Below are positions 59,391 through 64,000 of a stretch of DNA of 64,000 nucleotides, one piece after another. The notes beneath the pieces are model-generated. The model did no database searches. It had not been told where the DNA came from and saw only the letters and a program-made list of their open reading frames with translations. Each line of letters starts with the position of its first letter. Positions within the stretch are counted from its first letter, which is position 1. This DNA is from Armatimonadota bacterium. Lineage in GTDB: Bacteria; Armatimonadota; HRBIN16. The stretch covers positions 4,928,001 to 4,992,000 of the forward strand of contig OY781964.1 of NCBI GenBank assembly GCA_963677485.1, read 5' to 3'. Position numbers and translations under genes: made by a program.

Positions 59391-59422
59391 TATTTACGTG
59401 CGATTTTTAGAAAGTGTCGGAA
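59391..59422 (-). promoter_or_regulatory. element-specific promoter, copy D
   Basis: Identical to copy A over 32 bp. Confidence 0.75.
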
Positions 59423-59818
59423 ATGGGGATTTCGCACAGTCTTTCTGATCCATCTGAGCACAAACTCGACAGCATCTCCATTTGGGCATTTTCCCAACTG
59501 TTGCCCATTTGAGCTGATATTTCAGGTAAATACGACTTAGTTAATTAGTGGATGGTCATGTCGCGTAGACCTAATGCTGTTTTCTGACACTGCCATAGAG
59601 CAGTTATTCACTAACCCAATCTCTACGAACCTGTTATTTATTGTATATTATTTATAGTGTATATTTATACACCTGTTCTGCAATCTAGATAAACACCTAA
59701 TAACCCATCGATTAGTCAAAGTCACCCTAACCTTGACCCGTAAAAACTGTTAGGAAAGCAGCGGCTATATAACACAGCACCCATTAACCGCATATGAGCC
59801 TTCCAGCTAAAGGAAGGC

Positions 59819-61009
59819 GTGAAAGGACACCAACAATTGGCCAACTTTAACCTTCACCGTTTCTCAAATCCCGGCGCGCTAAAGTCCATCTCCAGCGAGC
59901 ATCTCATCGCTTTTCTATCTCCCTACGAAGACTTCCTGCGTTCTAGAGGTCTTGAGATTCCGAGTGACACCTCTGTAGTGGACAGCTTCCCATATGCCGC
60001 GCTGCTGCAAATTCTCATGACCCCTGACGCGGGTATGCCCAAAGAGCTAATTGAAGCCCTCTACTTCGTGCACGAAATGGCCACAACAGAGGGCATGGAT
60101 ACACTTCTTGCCGCTGCACAGCTCGCAGGTATTACACTTGACAACAGTCCTGATGCCACGCCGATCGATGTGGCTATACAGGTCTGGCTCTGCGCAAGAG
60201 AGATACTCGAATCAAAACATGCTGAGCAGCTACTTGTAAAGGCAAGAACATTCGAGTATTACCAGGCCACAAGAGGGACAGTTGCGGTATTCCCTACTCC
60301 AAATGCTGAGGCCATCACCCAGCTGCAGAATGACCTGGATTCATGGTTTGTCGTAAAGAAGCGTGGACCTGGCACCCGGGTGTTCTGTTTCCCGCGTGAT
60401 GATGCTATCTGGTTCATCGTGAGACATGGTGAGCCGTATAAGCGTGAAGGCAGCATGGAGGCAGGCGAATCCTCGAGCGTGTTCTACCGCCCCGAAAAGC
60501 ATGACGTGATTGTCTACCAGTCGGAAGCGGCGGAGCTGCGGATAAACGCCGGTACAAAAGGCGAGAAGGAGCTATACCGCAGACTAATTGGTTCGCACCT
60601 GTTTGGTAGTGAAGACCACTTCCCAGGGAAGGGCAAATACAGCCTTGATCCGCTAAAGTATGACGGTGAGGCTTCTACGGTCTGCTCGGACGTGGCTGGT
60701 ATCGAGTGGGTGAAACTCAAAGAGGTGCAGTTCCTATGGGGTGGTGCTTACGAGTATGTCGAAGTCTGGAAAGCCGCGGACATCTTCGCGGTGCTGCGTA
60801 GCAGGGGAAAGTCAATTCCCCAGGCTGCACGGATAATAAAGGCCAGTTTCTATGTGAAGTTCGAAGATTCTAAGACGCCTCGCACGGTGTCAGTCCGGCC
60901 ATCTAATATCGCCCAGTTCCAACGAGACGGTGATGGTGAACTCGTGGAAGCATGGCTGCGTGTGCGTGGTTTTGTAATAACGCCTGGGAATGATGATGAG
61001 ACAGAATAG
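59819..61009 (+). CDS. hypothetical protein
   Basis: 396-codon ORF, divergent from the replication operon; start may be TTG at 59837; no family recognised. Confidence 0.75.
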   Translation: MKGHQQLANFNLHRFSNPGALKSISSEHLIAFLSPYEDFLRSRGLEIPSDTSVVDSFPYAALLQILMTPDAGMPKELIEALYFVHEMATTEGMDTLLAAAQLAGITLDNSPDATPIDVAIQVWLCAREILESKHAEQLLVKARTFEYYQATRGTVAVFPTPNAEAITQLQNDLDSWFVVKKRGPGTRVFCFPRDDAIWFIVRHGEPYKREGSMEAGESSSVFYRPEKHDVIVYQSEAAELRINAGTKGEKELYRRLIGSHLFGSEDHFPGKGKYSLDPLKYDGEASTVCSDVAGIEWVKLKEVQFLWGGAYEYVEVWKAADIFAVLRSRGKSIPQAARIIKASFYVKFEDSKTPRTVSVRPSNIAQFQRDGDGELVEAWLRVRGFVITPGNDDETE

Positions 61010-62072
61010 CTTCTGGTCGGCGTGTGAGGAGATACCAGGCGCTACGGCGGTTGAGGCAGAATGGCGGATAAAGGCAGGATCCGGTTATGAAACGGCCAAG
61101 GCATTTCTAAAACCAAGGCAGGAACTTGCTTGCTGCTATCCCTGCACATCAAGGCCGCCATGCACGTGTCATCACCGGGTTGTTGACCACGGTGGGGGTA
61201 GCATTGTGGCGGTCTGTGTCTGCGAGGGTCAGGGATGCCGGAATGAACAACTCACAAAGACAGACCTCGTAATCTATGAACTGAACACCCGCAAACTCTG
61301 TGACGCAATTGGCCAAGCACTTTCGCTGGCGGTGATTTCGGCAGTGATTACTCAAGGCGTCGTGGATTTCTCGCCCATTATAAATACAACGCATGTGGGA
61401 TATGATCAGCCAACTATGGGTTACAGCTTCCCTGTCTATCTCACCGTGCAAAATGACAGCGACGCATTCTACTCGGTAGTGACCACACTCGTGGCGACGA
61501 ACGAGACACCCTTCGTCCTAGTCACTCCTACGCCTGACTGGATCACACCTGGTATTCGCTCGCTGGTCGCTTTGAGGAAATCGCTGCTTCTCACAGTTCC
61601 TGATGTGCTTCTGTTTTCTGAGACTGGGCTAGTCATTGCTAGTCCTGCCGTCCAGATGATGCTGGAGAGATTCCACACAGGAGCCCTTCCATCCGCAAGT
61701 GAACAGTCATCGATGCGGTTCTTCCTCACTCCGGCTGGCTCCTCGTGGGCCGACGTGAAGATTAGCTTTATATATGGTGATAAGGTGGCTATCAAGGTGA
61801 AGCATATAACCGGCACATTCAACTGGGGCGAAATGGGCATGTCGAACAAGAAGAATGGCGATCCAACAGCGCAGTGGGAGCTCCTTACTGCTTTTGCTCG
61901 CGGGCACGGGACGCTGGACTGGACAAGCTCTAATGCACACCTAAACAACCAGAAGCGAAAAGAGATACTGGCAAAGAACCTGCAGGCATTCTTCCGCATT
62001 GAAGGTGATCCCTTCACTTACGACAAACAGATAAAAGGCTGGGAGACCAAGTTCGCTATCGAGCCGGATTAG
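60990..62072 (+). CDS. hypothetical protein with Cys-rich N-terminal module and possible winged-helix C-terminus
   Basis: CCYPC....CTCHH...CVC....C; overlaps the upstream gene. Confidence 0.7.
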   Translation: MMMRQNSFWSACEEIPGATAVEAEWRIKAGSGYETAKAFLKPRQELACCYPCTSRPPCTCHHRVVDHGGGSIVAVCVCEGQGCRNEQLTKTDLVIYELNTRKLCDAIGQALSLAVISAVITQGVVDFSPIINTTHVGYDQPTMGYSFPVYLTVQNDSDAFYSVVTTLVATNETPFVLVTPTPDWITPGIRSLVALRKSLLLTVPDVLLFSETGLVIASPAVQMMLERFHTGALPSASEQSSMRFFLTPAGSSWADVKISFIYGDKVAIKVKHITGTFNWGEMGMSNKKNGDPTAQWELLTAFARGHGTLDWTSSNAHLNNQKRKEILAKNLQAFFRIEGDPFTYDKQIKGWETKFAIEPD

Positions 62073-62192
62073 CACGAAGTGCATCCGCATCCACGTAGCT
62101 CCAGCAAAATAAGGTTGGAGCTACGTGGTAGATATGTTCTAGATAATCATTCTGGCCATCTGTCATATCTTGCACTCATTATTGCAATACCT

Positions 62193-62333
62193 GTGGCGCT
62201 TAGGGCGCTTGTGGCACTATTTCCCTATAACCCCCTATGGTATTTCTATTTGTACATCATACACCCCCTGTACCCCATCCCTCGCGCGTAACGACTCCTT
62301 AGGAAATAGCGCCACAAGAGCAACAAGCGCCAC
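62193..62333 (-). repeat. origin-like unit, type 1: inverted 3x9-bp GTGGCGCTT arms around a conserved core
   Basis: Arms at 62193-62220 and 62306-62333; the core is the reverse-complement homologue of the type 2 cores. Confidence 0.75.
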
Positions 62334-62512
62334 TAAGGCAGTGGGTGAATAATAGATTTCGGGGTAGATACTGTCCATCCCCCCATTGTGGTCACATGGT
62401 GAGATGTTGTTCAACAGGTCGCCGTTCTTTTCGATACAAAGACTCGCCCCTATTATAACCACACGGTGGTTGAGGGGGAGATCTTATGTCTGCTTGTCCG
62501 CTAATAGCCATC

Positions 62513-63389
62513 GTCACGACATGTCTGCAACTCGATACCTATGACACTATGATGGATATGTCACTATACTCTAGGAAGTCGTAATGCGCGCGAGAGTGGG
62601 GTAAAGGAGGTGCTGATATTAGTACCATAGGGACTTATAGGGAAATAGTGACAGATACGTCACTGCGTCATGTTTGATGAATGCTACTTATGCCTAGATC
62701 AATGAGTGCTGACATCCCGATAATGCGGCGGACCTCCCTGATATGCGACGATGTTCGGCCACACACCAGCATTTGAACCCACAATCGGCGTCACATGATT
62801 TGAATACCTGTCGCACGTTTGTGCTACTGACAGTTGACTGTCACGATCATGTTGTATCTCAAGACATATGACACTATGATGGATATGTCACTATACTCTA
62901 GGAAGTCGTAATGCGCGCGAGAGTGGGGGTAAAGGAGGTGTTAATATTAGTACCATAAGGACTTATAGGGAAATAGTGACAGATACGTCACTGCGTCATG
63001 TTTCATGAAAGCTACTTTTGTCTGGATCAACGAGGTCTGACATCCCCCTAATGCGGCTGACCTCCCTGATATGATGCGACGGTGTTCGGCCACACACCAG
63101 CCTTTAAACCCACAATCGGCGTCACTTGATTTAAATTACAGCTTTTAACATGTCGCACGTTTGTGCTACTGACAGTTGACTGTCACGATCATGTTGTAGC
63201 TCAAGACATATGACACTATGATGGATATGTCACTATACTCTAGAAAGTCGTAATGCGCGCGAGAGTGGGGGTAAAGGAGGTGTTAATATTAGTACCATAG
63301 GGACTTATAGGGAAATAGTGACAGATACGTCACTGCGTCATGTTTGATGAATGCTACTTATGCCTAGATCAATGAGTGCTGACATCCCG
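62513..63389 (+). repeat. tandem repeat of ~2.6 units (327 bp, 342 bp, partial), each with a type 2 origin-like unit
   Basis: ATGACACTATGATGGATATGTCACTATACTCTAG starts at 62541, 62868 and 63210. Confidence 0.95.
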
Positions 63390-63730
63390 TTGTTGCAGCA
63401 GAATTCTCTGATCTAATGCGAAGATGCCGCCAAGCGCACCCCATCTTCTGTGGCCATAGTCAGATGATAAGAGTTAACCTTGTGACCCTATATCCCAGCT
63501 ATTTACCGATCCCACTAGGCATATGTGGGTTATACTACCAGCGCCAGGGTAGCCATCTCGAACAGCACAGAAACAGCTCCATGAGGTTCTCAACACGAAT
63601 GTCCACTAATTAATTAGGCCCGATTTCTCCCCAAAATCCGCTCAATATCCAAGATTCCGCTAAGCGACCAAATGGAGCCTCCGTCTGTTTCGTGCTCAGA
63701 GATACCTACCATCTACCCAAATATCACCAT

Positions 63731-63762
63731 TTCCGACACTTTTCATTATTCACGCGTAAATA
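63731..63762 (+). promoter_or_regulatory. element-specific promoter, copy E (points rightward)
   Basis: TTCCGACACTTTTCATTATTCACGCGTAAATA. Confidence 0.7.
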
Positions 63763-64000
63763 TAAATTGGGGGACATGATTAATCACCCCTTTTGGAGAT
63801 GACACCAATGTGTTTGCTGGATATGATACCAAGACAGGAGCCGCGAACCGAGATGATGAGTGGTGGAAGAACAGGTTGCGTCACTATGCCTGATGAAGGG
63901 GGATTGCCAATTGACGCATCTATGCCAAGTTCATTCGACACAGCATCTGTCACATATCCAGGCAGTGAACCAGGCTGCACAGTCCAAACGCCGTATCCCT

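Larger units (their letters stand above)
10842..63780 (-). mobile_element. contractile-tailed (myovirus-like) prophage or phage-derived element; ends not defined
   Basis: Co-oriented replication, terminase, portal, capsid, sheath, tube, tape measure, baseplate and fibre genes. No att site or integrase seen, so both limits are approximate. Confidence 0.85.

Noticed and set aside
62079-62462. Short ORFs over the type 1 unit
   Set aside because: Their ALVALVAL/ATRATSAT patterns simply reflect the 9-bp DNA repeats
62513-63389. CRISPR array
   Set aside because: Units are ~330 bp and similar along their whole length; there are no unique spacers and no cas operon
63799-64000. Open frame downstream of promoter E
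   Set aside because: Truncated by the window end with no recognisable motif; cannot be called

Overview
Two juxtaposed blocks, nearly all on the - strand. (1) 1-10.7 kb: a mosaic surface-polysaccharide locus (TviB/WbpO-like dehydrogenase, OafA-type acyltransferase, WbpP/TviC-like epimerase, FemAB/GNAT protein, deacetylase, four GT4 glycosyltransferases, and a truncated Wzy/O-antigen-ligase-like gene). (2) 10.8-64 kb: a contractile-tailed prophage-like element with complete-looking recombination/replication, packaging, head and tail modules. No integrase, repressor, sigma factor or endolysin was recognised in the window. The most unusual features are in the head module. One ORF fuses an N6-adenine DNA methyltransferase to the prohead protease and scaffold. 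A ~1530-aa MuF protein carries tandem HeH repeats, a HipA/PI3K-like kinase and a putative ADP-ribosyltransferase-like C-terminal domain, and is followed by two candidate immunity genes. Together these suggest a capsid that packages DNA- and protein-modifying enzymes. Non-coding features include a five-copy element-specific promoter, an operator-like palindrome at fixed spacing from it, and an array of four origin-like inverted-iteron units with two different arm sequences. All calls come from reading motifs by eye; no database searches were run.
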